Shown: positions 49,479 through 59,524 of the stretch, one piece after another | Layout of the letters: every line of letters begins with the position of its first letter | Position numbering within the stretch: position 1 is the first letter of the stretch | Origin: Basidiobolus meristosporus CBS 931.73 | Lineage: Eukaryota; Fungi; Basidiobolomycota | DNA length: 64,000 bases | Direction of reading: 5' to 3' | Assembly: GCA_002104905.1 (NCBI GenBank) | Contig: MCFE01000127.1 | Location: 96,185 to 160,184 of the forward strand | Notes under the pieces: generated by a model | Database searches by the model: none | Seen by the model: the letters and a program-made list of their open reading frames with translations, nothing else | Told to the model about the DNA's origin: nothing | Position numbers and translations under genes: made by a program

Positions 49479-50833
49479 ATGATCTGGCAAGGGAATTAGA
49501 ATCCGTAATTGTCCCGTGACTAGCCATACATATATATATATACAAATAGACCAATCTTTAGACACCCCACTCCATGCATCTCATAAAGATATGCTTAACT
49601 CAATACAGTGTACATATTATGACTATTAATTGCCATTACCTGGCTCTTCTTTATGCCAAGCCACAATAAACCGATCATGAATATGGTCACATCCATCCAC
49701 GCCACGACTTGTTTGTAAGCTTCAATCTGGTGTTCTATTGTGGGGAAGATGGTCAATCTGACCTTATCTGGTCAGCGTTGCCTAGGCCGTTCTCATCTAA
49801 GGACAGTCTTACCAGTGACTGTGGGTATGGATGTCGCTGTGTGGTGTGAGATTGGAACGTTTCTCCCATGCCGCGTGGGACAGATCAGTTGCCGTTGCCG
49901 ACCACTCACTTGGTGCAAGGTGTGTATCGTGGAAATCAGGGGCCGTCCCAACTCATGTTTCCATCGATTAACGTGGTTGAGTTACACATGTGAGGAGCGG
50001 GTGCTACCCCAGAAAACCTGCTAATCCTATCAATATTCCTGCACCAGTCGATGTATCCCGATCATATTCCACCAATCAGGCCAATGGTAGCTCTATTGTT
50101 GTGACTGATCCTTTCTGCCAACCCACGCAGGCCAAGCGGATTTATCTCCAAAGCTAGGTCTGGCGGATTGTTGCTCTTTGTGATTAAATGGCCCTTTGAT
50201 TCACACTGGCATGATAGTGCATGGAAAACAACAAACTTGGCAACGGATCTGCTTACAGCCAACATAACTCAGACCGGAGTCATATGATCCGGAGGATTAG
50301 GGTAACAAACGCACTAGTAAATGTGTTTCAATGAATCATGTCAATCGGATCACCGTATGCGTCTCAATAGTTCGTGACAATCAATTTGCTGTGCATAAGC
50401 AGGCTAGACAATCGACTATTGAACACGGTCATCATGCGTGTAAAGTGTCCGTAAAAATTGGGTCTAGTCAGTAAGATATGTATGCCATTCGATTGAAAGC
50501 CATGCGCCTTATTGTACAATCTCACCTATACAGTATTGTATTGCACCAAGCCAATGATTGACATATGCAAGAGCACAAAGACACAATCTCGAAAGAAATA
50601 TCAACAATCCGAGAGTGAGAGTGGGCTCTTTCGAATGAATTTCATCCATTACATGATAACGTGGATGTACATCTAGATGCAGGCGAAGATTTGACATTTT
50701 AAGCATGCTTTTGTTCACGCTAACCTGGAGTAAGCTCTATATATAACTCGCCGCTGGATGAATCTTCACCACACCATTCATTTTGTTTCTACATTTTGTC
50801 CTCAATAGAATTTACAACAATACCATTACACAA

Positions 50834-52394
50834 ATGACTTCTACGTCAACTAGACAATATAGATCATCCCCCTATTCGATCTCTAGAAGCTCTAAGGATG
50901 TCCTGGTGAACTTTGAGGTTGGTCAGCATCGACCCCTGTCGACTCGAGTGAATTTGTTCTAAAGTTTTTTGGTTAGTGGAAAAATAGTCAGGAAGAGTAT
51001 TACTCAATTTTGGATAAATCGGACCCTCTTCCAGAATGGAAACAGGGGAGATCCAAGTGTATCAAAGGTCCTTGGACCCCGGAGGTAACGTTTCCATCAC
51101 GGGATTTTCCTCTCCTAAATCCAGCATGGGCTCACACAAATCCTGTTTATCTAGGAGGACAAGAAGCTTGTTGAGTTAGTACGAGAGCTAGGTGCCGAGA
51201 AGTGGGTCCTGATAGCCAGTCGACTGAGTTCCAGGACTGGAAAGCAATGCCGTGAAAGGTACGTCCAGCTTTGATATTCTTGGCTTTCAACATCACTAAT
51301 TCGCTTCCTTAGATGGCACAACCATTTAGACCCACGAAGTATGTAAGCAGAGTTTGCGGTCTCCATTGAGCGGATTCTTACATCTTTTTCACCAGTTGAT
51401 AAATCGCCATTCACTCCCGAGGAGGAGGATTTGATATTTAGACTTTACGCTCAAATGGGCAGTAAATGGGCGGAGATGTCAAAATTGATGCCTGGCCGGT
51501 ATGTATTAGGTTTACAGAGTGGGAAGAGCTGTGGGTTAACTTTGGGTTTGCAGACCTGATAACGCCATCAAGAATTACTTCAACACCACTATGCAACGTA
51601 AGAAAAGAAGAATGAAGGGTCAGCCGGCCTGTTTATCAGGGACTTCGAAGCCAGATGACGGTAAGAATATAATGTCTGTTACTCTACAGTCGACCGTTCT
51701 GACTCTTCGTTACGATAGCCCAACAGCCTGGAGAGGCCAAAATAACTTTGCCACCTTTCCGGACATCAGAGTCTCACAAAGACATGTCGCTTAGCCTATC
51801 TACATTAGGGTCCGGCTTTATTGAGCAGCGGCTCTACAATCTCCGACACGATGATTCCCAGAACCACGAGAGTAATAGCCTGATCACATGGATTCAGTTG
51901 AATAATTTACTGACAACACTTGCATTAGGTCCAAAACTGGCTCAGCCTATGCTTCCTCCACTCCGTTTCGACCCCACGATGACGGGTAGAATTCTCACTC
52001 CACCGCAAACCCCAGAGAACTTTGAGTTGCCGCTTCCGCTATTGTAAGTCCACACATCCCCGGCTCTTAGTAATAGATAGTAATACTATTTCTCTCAAGC
52101 AAACCGACCAATTCCTACGAATACACTCGACCGGTAATTCTCATCCGCATCTGCATTGGCTTATATCGATACTAATCCATTCTTTAGCTCCTTCCAAGTT
52201 TGACATCCTCATATCTTGGTCTTAAGATCAACAGCCCATGTATGTCCAGCTCCCAGGAGTCGCCCAGTAGCTCCTCCAGCTCGATTGGATTTCCAGATTT
52301 GAATGACAGAAGTTCGGATGAGAGTGACGACGAGGATAAGGCTGAAGAATATCGCGAAGATCCAATGCGGATTGATAACATTTGCTCAAGTTAG
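50834..52394 (+). CDS. R2R3 Myb transcription factor, multi-exon
   Basis: Spliced: IKGPWTPE/EDKKLVELVRELGAEKWVLIASRLSSRTGKQCRER/WHNHLDPR/IDKSPFTPEEEDLIFRLYAQMGSKWAEMSKLMPGR/PDNAIKNYFN. TATA-like element near 50737. Last exon and stop less certain. Confidence 0.88.
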
Positions 52395-53837
52395 AGTGCT
52401 CGTTCACAAATATCTTGGCGATATGGAACATTACTTCGCTTGTCTGGAGTTGTGTTCTACATGCCCACCGCATACTATCTTTATTCATAGAAAATAATGC
52501 TTCTCATACCCCCCTAAAAATGCTGATGATGTGGTCATCTCATCATATTTCCTGCAACACAAACCAACAATTTGCCATCTCACATTCAATATTCTCTATA
52601 TATCTATATATCTATGTATCATTAAACAAACATTCGCATCTCTCTAAGAGCTAGCCCGAGACAGTTGGACAGCGGCATATGCGCCAAACTAGGAGCGTGG
52701 TCATTGAGCATTTTGCAAGTTTGCCTTACGATGTGCCTCCACAAATGTTGAGAAGTTCTATCATATTAATATCAACAGCCAAAAACAAACGGTTGATACC
52801 ACACGTTGCCCAAGACATCAAATATCGATCGGAATTCTCGCTTGTGCATAGGCGACAAGAAATGACATCCTGATGTATTCACCGTGCCTGGCACACCGTA
52901 ATTTTTTATCAACTTGGCCTATTATCATAATAACTACGAGAAAGTTGCTGAATCAGCTATTCACTACCCAACTGCTTGTTTGCTCACTGAAGTATATATC
53001 TGGTACTATTGATTGCAAACATTGGTGCTATTCCTAAGCTCTTCACGTCGGCCAGAAATAACTTTATTGCCTATAGTGGATTCTTATCTATATATTCAAA
53101 TCTCCAGTTTGTGAGCAATTACTGCGAAACAATTTCAGCTGATAGCTGGCTTCAGCAGGGTTTCATAGCCTAGGTTATCAGTTGATACTTAGGCTCCACC
53201 GCGGAAGGTAGATCATGCACTGTACTGGGGGAACTTGCAATTCAAAGAAAATAAACAATAGCGGAATCGGTGTTGCACTTGAAATCAAGATAATCTGCAC
53301 AGGTGGCCTACAATGGGACTATACCTGTGCACAGCTGTTGTGAAATAAAAGCCCTTGTCGTTTTGATGTTTTCAATGAGTGATACTATTGTTCTAATATG
53401 CTGGTCTTGTGAAGTAACAAATCACTTTGATGAAGCATCACAAGCCATCAATTCGATATATACCATTGCAGTACTTGTCGTAAGAGCTCTGGATATATTA
53501 TTAGTGATGTGGGGATCAAGTAGATTATGTGGCTTTCATTCAATGCTTTATTCCAAGTAAAAGCATCATCTATACTTTCACATGGTCTTGCCCATTGAAA
53601 CATATTTAATATGCTTGAGAGGGCCCTATGAGTATTTGTGCAAAGTTAGGGAGCCTTTGGATAGCCCTGAGATTCTTCATAACCCAAGAACCTGATATAT
53701 TGGAAAAATTAAAACCCTAACCAAAAATTGGGCAAGATTCTGAGACTCATAGGATAGGACTTCAATGACTAAGAGATGGAATACACAGCTGTGAACTTGA
53801 AGATCACATCAATATTGAGCTTCAGTACCTAGTGGCT

Positions 53838-53906
53838 AGGGGGATGACAGTCACCAGGTGGTGAAATCTTTGAGGGGGGGAGACATCACCATTGGGTATA
53901 ATCTTT
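53838..53906 (-). mobile_element. Two degenerate 3'-end stubs (D and E) of the telomeric retroelement family
   Basis: + strand gggggatgacagtcaccaggtggtgaaatcttt and ggggggagacatcaccattgggtataatcttt resemble the A/B 3' module. Confidence 0.7.
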
Positions 53907-53929
53907 GTTGTTAATCATTGTGAAAATAA

Positions 53930-54548
53930 GGGAGAGAAAGTCACCAAGGTAGGTGAAATCTTTATTTGATTTCAGACAAGTCTAACTACAAATAAAGAAG
54001 CCAGCTGGGAATAGAAGAATTCCCAAAGTAAACACTAAGTTAAATAAGAATAAATCTAAGCTAAAGTTAAAGCAGTATCCCAGAGTACACTGGAGTTCAG
54101 GTTCACAGGGGAGTGAAGTATATAAGCTTGAGAGATATAATAATCTTTTAAGAAGTGGGTAATAGCAGGTGAAGGGGAGTTTTTGATAAGTGAAGTGAAT
54201 CTTGAGAGCAGAGATTCCTCTAATGAGAAGGTCTTGTAAACCAGAGAATCAGAAAACTCTTTAAAGGAATGGTCAGTAGGTTCCCAGAAAAACTGGTCAG
54301 AGACATTTTGAGAGAATTGCAGAGCAATACTTTTGTCAAGTACTACCTCCAGAGTGTGATTGTTGATAAATCTCATGTTAACAATCTTGGATAAATTGTA
54401 ACCTTGTTGCTTGAGATACATCCTATGCTCAGATATAGGAATAAACTCCACATTGGCAAAGTAGCAGACAGCCCAGTCAGTAGCAGGAGGCAAATTGGAA
54501 GTGGCAGGAAACTTTCTTTTAGTCTTGGGAGGAGCAGCAGGATGTCTT
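53930..54548 (-). mobile_element. Type A element copy A1, 5'-truncated (ORF open 54056-54548)
   Basis: About 93% aa identical to A3 over 164 aa (12 differences counted). Ends at gatgtctt followed by agggttaggg. Confidence 0.9.
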
Positions 54549-54558
54549 AGGGTTAGGG

Positions 54559-54958
54559 GGGAGACAGTCACCAACAGGTGAAATCTTTATTTCAGTTGAA
54601 ACAAAGAAGCCAGCGCTACTGTTGTAGCTTTGATACAAGAGTGTGTAGCTGAGAGGAATTTGTAGGTAAGTTAATAAGAAGTGATGATAGTTCTTCAGTG
54701 CTCAAGACACTGTTCAGTGGGAAGGGGGGTAGCAAGAGAGGTAAGAATGACTTGTGAACAACATTAATGAGGGGAATGTGATAAGGATTGATATTCATCA
54801 TAAAGGGAGTGTGCTGCTGCAGATATTGCTGCCAAAGGTCTGTCAAGTACTTCAGGTAGGCCAGCTTGGGTTTTTCTGACTGCAGAATATAATGAGCAAA
54901 CTTCTTGACTTCAGGATCTCCAAGTATAGTTCTCCAGCAGGAGCCAGGTGTAGTGTGG
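54559..54958 (-). mobile_element. Type B element copy B1, 3'-terminal ~400 bp only
   Basis: Nearly identical to the 3' ends of B2/B3 (ORF2 C-terminus, stop, 3' module). Joins A2 through a G-run with no TTAGGG. Confidence 0.92.
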
Positions 54959-55166
54959 GGGAGGGAAAGTCACCAAGGTAGGTGAAATCTTTATTTGATT
55001 TTGGACAAGTCTAACTACAAATAAAGAAGCCAACTGAGAATAGAAGATTCCCAAAGTAAACACTAAGTTGAATATGAATAAATCTAAGCTAAAGTTAAAG
55101 CAGTATCCCAGAGTACACTGGAGTTCAGGTTCATGGGGGAGTGAAGTAGATAAGCTTGAGAGATAT
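54957..55166 (-). mobile_element. Type A element copy A2, 3'-terminal ~210 bp, interrupted by an LTR
   Basis: Matches the A1/A3 3' end up to gagagatat, then switches abruptly to TGTTGT. Confidence 0.9.
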
Positions 55167-55863
55167 TGTTGTGCATCAACATTTAAAACTTAGCCAATTT
55201 TACTCCGTTTGAAAATCTAGTACCCTAACTGATTTTCCCTAACCCAAACATAACAAATCCCAGTTACAGTTTATTTTATCCCACCTCAGAATCTATTTTT
55301 AGCTATCACACCTGATCTATTTTCAAATGGTCATTACGTTATCAACCTATCTGCCAAGCCTTCCCAGGTGATTAGTCATCTGAGATCTATCCAACCACTG
55401 TGCAGTTGCCAAGACATCAGTTGATTGATGATGTAATTTTCATTTATCTTATGCACCTATGAACACCCAAATTGATTTCAATCAATCCAGTCCCTTGGTG
55501 CTGACTAATTCAACTTGATCAGAAAAGTATAAATAAAGTCTACTGAACCTTTTGGTTTAGTGTGTGTCTCAACGAAATTAAGATTCTGTCTCAGCAAAAA
55601 TAAGAATCCAACAATTCCGTTCTAGTTTCTATCCAAGCCTAGTATATCTAGCACTCCAAAGAACACCAAGCCTAGCCTGCCTAGCAAACAAATATCATTG
55701 CCTTTATAGCCAACCCAGCTATATCCAAGACCAATATTAGATCAGAATCTTTCTGCTAATATTTCCGCCCCTCTCTGACAATTCTAAGATTCTGCACTTA
55801 ATTGTCTCTTTGGTTCAGTTAAACCATTCAAGAGTTTTATTACACTTTCTCTTGGATACAACA
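55167..55863 (+). mobile_element. Putative 5' LTR (697 bp) of a Ty3/gypsy-like retrotransposon
   Basis: Termini TGTTGT...ATACAACA form a 6-bp perfect inverted repeat, and the right end equals the Ty3 terminus. TATAAATAAA at 55528-55537. Followed 40 nt later by a gag-like ORF. Confidence 0.65.
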
Positions 55864-55903
55864 TTTTTTTTGTTGAATTCCATTACATTCAGCCAATTAG
55901 AAG

Positions 55904-56299
55904 ATGTCCTCAGCAGCAAGCAATCCAAACCTTTCCATGTTGGAAGAAGCCAGAAGAAATCAGGAAGAACTTACTGAACAGCTTGAAAACATCATGCTTG
56001 AAAGAAATACCATGATGATTGAGCACTCAAAGCTTGCCAAAACAAGATCTGATAATCACCGTAGAGATGAACTCCTTGAAGTTATATCCGGTTACCAAGA
56101 TGAAATTGGAATAATTAAGGAAGCACTGGAGATTATTGCCATAGTAATTGACAGCATTGAAAATCCACCAAGCCTTGCTCTGCATCAGTCACCAAGAAGT
56201 CATGCCTTTGAATCCTCCAGATCTACATCTCCTTCTAGACCTGCCCCGGTGGTTGTCCCAAGATCCTTGCCTGTTTATGCTGAAGGCACCAATGCTTAG
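55904..56299 (+). pseudogene. Gag-like N-terminal fragment truncated by telomere repeats
   Basis: ATG start, coiled-coil followed by a Ser/Pro-rich linker. The TAG stop is supplied by the TTAGGG junction (accaatgc|ttagggttaggg). Confidence 0.6.
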
Positions 56300-56365
56300 G
56301 GTTAGGGGGGGAGACAGTCACCAACAGGTGAAATCTTTATTTCAGCTGAAACAAAGAAGCCAGCG

Positions 56366-59134
56366 CTACTGTTGTAGCTTTGATACAAGAGTGTGTAGCT
56401 GAGGGGAATTTGTAGGTAAGTTAATAAGAAGTGATGATAGTTCTTCAGTGCTCAAGACACTGTTCAGTGGGAAGGGGGGTAGCAAGAGAGGTAAGAATGA
56501 CTTGTGAACAACATTAATGAGGGGAATGTGATAAGGATTGATATTCATCATAAAGGGAGTGTGCTGCCGCAGATATTGCTGCCAAAGGTCTGTCAAGTAC
56601 TTCAGGTAGGCCAGCTTGGGTTTTTCTGACTGCAGAATATAGTGAGCAAACTTCTTGACTTCAGGATCTCCAAGTATAGTTCTCCAGCAGGAGTCAGGTG
56701 TTGTGTGGTGTGTTCTTTTCCAGGCCTTAATCAGTGGGTTGTTGCAGTTGTGAAGTCTGAGGTATAATCTGGTTCTAAGGTAGAGAAGTCTGATCTTATA
56801 GGGCATAAACCCAAAAGCACCAAGAATAGCATGTCTGTAGGGGCATTCAGGCAAATGAGGCACCAAGGAGGTAATGCACCATACTGCAAACTTGTCAAGC
56901 TTAGTGCAGTCTCTAGAAGTAAGAGAGAGAAGTGGTAAGCCAAATTCCAGGACAGGGAAGACAAACTGCTTGAGTAGAAGGAGGCAGCTGGGAGCTGAAG
57001 TTGTAGGAGGAGTAACAGCCAGTAGCTTTTGGAGTGCCTGTCTTGCCAGGATAATTCTCTTCTTCAGGTGTGCTCCAGAGTCTAGTCCAGTAGGAAGGAA
57101 AGGAAAGCCAAGATATGTAGCAGAAACCTGAGCAGGTAGAGTGGAGTTCTCCAAGTTGATGGGAGAGCCCAAAGGTACTGTCTTTGCAATGGAAAGCTGG
57201 AGATTATTCTTCTGCAGATACTGGTGGATGGTCTGGGAGTCTTGTTGCACATTGGAGGAGGATATTCTGATGTCATCAGCAAAGAGAGTAACCAGGCAGT
57301 CAGCTGAGAGTCTTGGGAAATCATTCAGAAAGATGGCAAACAGTATAGGACCAAGCACAGAGCCTTGAACCACTCCATTAGGAACTGGGAACACAGCTGA
57401 TTGCTCACTTAGGTGCAGAATTCTTGCTTGTGGATCCAGAAACAGAGACCTGACAAGGAGGGTGAGAGAGGTACTGGAGAAGCATTGCAACTTGGACCAA
57501 AGCAGATTTCTGTCAACTGAATCAAAGGCCTTAGTAATATCAAACAGAACAGAGGGATACTTGCACTGGAGAGAGTGATCTTGGCTAAGTATGACTGCAT
57601 ATTCCAAGGAGAGGCCAGGAACAAAGCCAAACTGTGCAGGATGAAACTTGGGAGAGTCAGAGTAGAGCTCCTGAGCAAGCAGAAGCTCAAACACCTTTCT
57701 GCAGGTGGGCAGCAGAGATATTGGCCTGTAGGAGCTAGGATCCAGGTGCTTTCCTTTACCCTTGTACAGTGGCAGAACATTTGCAAAGGACCATTCCTCA
57801 GGAGTAGAAAGCTGGGCTGAGCATTGCTGAAACAGTGGAAGCAGAAGTGCAGACATGGCCTTGGTACTAGTCTTCAGAAGCTCATAGGATATTGTGTCCA
57901 CACCTGGAGCAGTAGAGTTGGGAAGCCTCTTGAGCACATTATGGATTCTCCTTTGATCAAGTGCAAGTGGGATGGGCAGAGTCTTGAAGTCAGGATGAAA
58001 GCCAGGAGTTGAGTACTGCTTTGTAGAGAAGAAGATGTTAGCCAGCTGTTCTGTTGAAGGTAACTTCCTGGAAGAGGGCCTCATTGCCCTGTAGAGTCTT
58101 GATACTGTTCTTGTTATAGAGTTGGAAGATTGCAGAGGCAAGGAACTCATAATATGATCCCAGAGCTGAGTATGCAGAGTGTGGTGAATTGCCTTGGAGT
58201 GGTGTATTGCTGTCAGGAGGAGTTTCTCTGTTTTTGGGTTAGGGAAGCTCAGGTAGCTTTGTTGCAGGGCTGAAACAATGGATTCCCATTTTCTTGAGGT
58301 AACAGCAGTAGTCTTGCATGGCAGTGAGAGGGAGGCAGACACCAGAATCAGATGCTTCACAAAGAGCCAGGCAAAGTTGAGATCATCTGGCAGAGAAAGT
58401 AGCAAACTGGCAAGCTTCAAGTAGTTCCCAAAGTCTTTCTTCTGATTCTTGGTAGCTTTGTGGGTGAGCACAGTAAGTTTTGGCAGCTTCTTCTTCACAA
58501 CTGGTTGCATAGAAAGGGACCAGGCTGGGTGGTCAGAGGCTCTCAAGGATCCTAGCTCAGCTCCAGAGAATTGCTTAACTTCATTCACAAAGTAGAGGGC
58601 AGCAGCAGAAGGGCAGATCCAGTCAACACATCTTTTCTCAGATTGAGCACCTAGTGCTAGCAGGTGGCTTTCTCTCAGGAAGTTCAGTAGGAATGTAGAC
58701 CTTGGCTTCATTCTTGCAGTCAGAGTAGTCTTGTTCTCAGGATGGGGAATGTTGAGATCTCCAAGCAAGATAACAGGTGTTGATATAGATTGTTGGTATT
58801 GCTGAACCTTCTGGCATATAACTTGCACTTCCTGAAGGGCTAGACTTGGAGGCAGATAGCAGAGCACCAGACTGATAGTTGGCAACTGGAGAGCAGCACA
58901 GTAAGGGGAGTAAAGAGGAACACAGAGCTGAGGAGTATTGATGGTAGAAGAGATGAAGCAGATAGAGGAGGTATTCTTTGTTCTAGGAGTAGAAAAGCAA
59001 TATAGATTAGTCAAAAGTATAGAGGGTAGCTGGACATCAATCAAACACAGGAGGGAAAATCTTGAAAGAAGTCTCTCTAGAGTTGGTCTTGATGGCTGTA
59101 TGCTGTTGCAGTTAAGCAACAGAACTTCAGGTAG
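56366..59134 (-). CDS. ORF2: APE-like endonuclease + non-LTR reverse transcriptase (no initiating AUG)
   Basis: EN motifs: LLNCN, YLPP, ILLGDLN, CVDW, SDH. RT motifs: APGVD, YRPISLL, QFGF, FDITKAFDSV, GVVQGSVLGP, LFADD, YLG. No RNase H or CCHC finger recognised. Confidence 0.95.
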   Translation of the reverse strand, partial: LPEVLLLNCNSIQPSRPTLERLLSRFSLLCLIDVQLPSILLTNLYCFSTPRTKNTSSICFISSTINTPQLCVPLYSPYCAALQLPTISLVLCYLPPSLALQEVQVICQKVQQYQQSISTPVILLGDLNIPHPENKTTLTARMKPRSTFLLNFLRESHLLALGAQSEKRCVDWICPSAAALYFVNEVKQFSGAELGSLRASDHPAWSLSMQPVVKKKLPKLTVLTHKATKNQKKDFGNYLKLASLLLSLPDDLNFAWLFVKHLILVSASLSLPCKTTAVTSRKWESIVSALQQSYLSFPNPKTEKLLLTAIHHSKAIHHTLHTQLWDHIMSSLPLQSSNSITRTVSRLYRAMRPSSRKLPSTEQLANIFFSTKQYSTPGFHPDFKTLPIPLALDQRRIHNVLKRLPNSTAPGVDTISYELLKTSTKAMSALLLPLFQQCSAQLSTPEEWSFANVLPLYKGKGKHLDPSSYRPISLLPTCRKVFELLLAQELYSDSPKFHPAQFGFVPGLSLEYAVILSQDHSLQCKYPSVLFDITKAFDSVDRNLLWSKLQCFSSTSLTLLVRSLFLDPQARILHLSEQSAVFPVPNGVVQGSVLGPILFAIFLNDFPRLSADCLVTLFADDIRISSSNVQQDSQTIHQYLQKNNLQLSIAKTVPLGSPINLENSTLPAQVSATYLGFPFLPTGLDSGAHLKKRIILARQALQKLLAVTPPTTSAPSCLLLLKQFVFPVLEFGLPLLSLTSRDCTKLDKFAVWCITSLVPHLPECPYRHAILGAFGFMPYKIRLLYLRTRLYLRLHNCNNPLIKAWKRTHHTTPDSCWRTILGDPEVKKFAHYILQSEKPKLAYLKYLTDLWQQYLRQHTPFMMNINPYHIPLINVVHKSFLPLLLPPFPLNSVLSTEELSSLLINLPTNSPQLHTLVSKLQQ

Positions 59135-59497
59135 TCAGGCAGAGGTTGTAGCTTCTTCAGAGGCAGCATTAACAATGTGACCTGCAGAGTCCCAGAGCTC
59201 TTCAAATGGTGCATCACTTAAGTCAGCAAGGAGGGAAATGGCATGATTCTTGAGGAAGTATGCCACATCATAGGAGGGGGCTTGTCTCTTGATGGCAGCA
59301 AAGAAAGACAGAATGGCAACATGGGCTGGAGGCTTGTTGAACAGTAGAGAGTCAGAGGATTCAGATTCTTCAGGCACTATCTTGAAGTCAGTTTTCAGCC
59401 AGTTAAGGTTCTTCTCCACAAAGGCAACAAATGGGTCAGCAATGTTTTGGTCTAGGATAACCTCCAGAATCTTCCTTTTCTCCAGGCAGGTTGACAA
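59135..59497 (-). CDS. ORF1 C-terminal remnant of B2
   Basis: ILEVILDQNIAD...FLKNHAIS...LWDSA, homologous to the type A ORF. Ends in TGA in frame with ORF2. No ATG retained. Confidence 0.8.
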   Translation of the reverse strand: MSTCLEKRKILEVILDQNIADPFVAFVEKNLNWLKTDFKIVPEESESSDSLLFNKPPAHVAILSFFAAIKRQAPSYDVAYFLKNHAISLLADLSDAPFEELWDSAGHIVNAASEEATTSA

Positions 59498-59524
59498 TTC
59501 TTGAGAGCTGGGTTAGGGTTAGGG

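Larger units (their letters stand above)
56308..59510 (-). mobile_element. Type B non-LTR retrotransposon copy B2 (3.2 kb, truncated within ORF1)
   Basis: Intact ORF2, ORF1 remnant and 3' module, flanked on both sides by short TTAGGG tracts. Confidence 0.95.

Noticed and set aside
55220-55250. CCCTAAC/CCCTAACCC motifs in the LTR resembling the reverse complement of the type A 5' leader
   Set aside because: Similarity is short and low-complexity, so chance cannot be excluded.
58236-58244. GGGTTAGGG inside ORF2 (also 62534-62542)
   Set aside because: Encodes F-P-N-P in frame in both copies, so it is not a junction.
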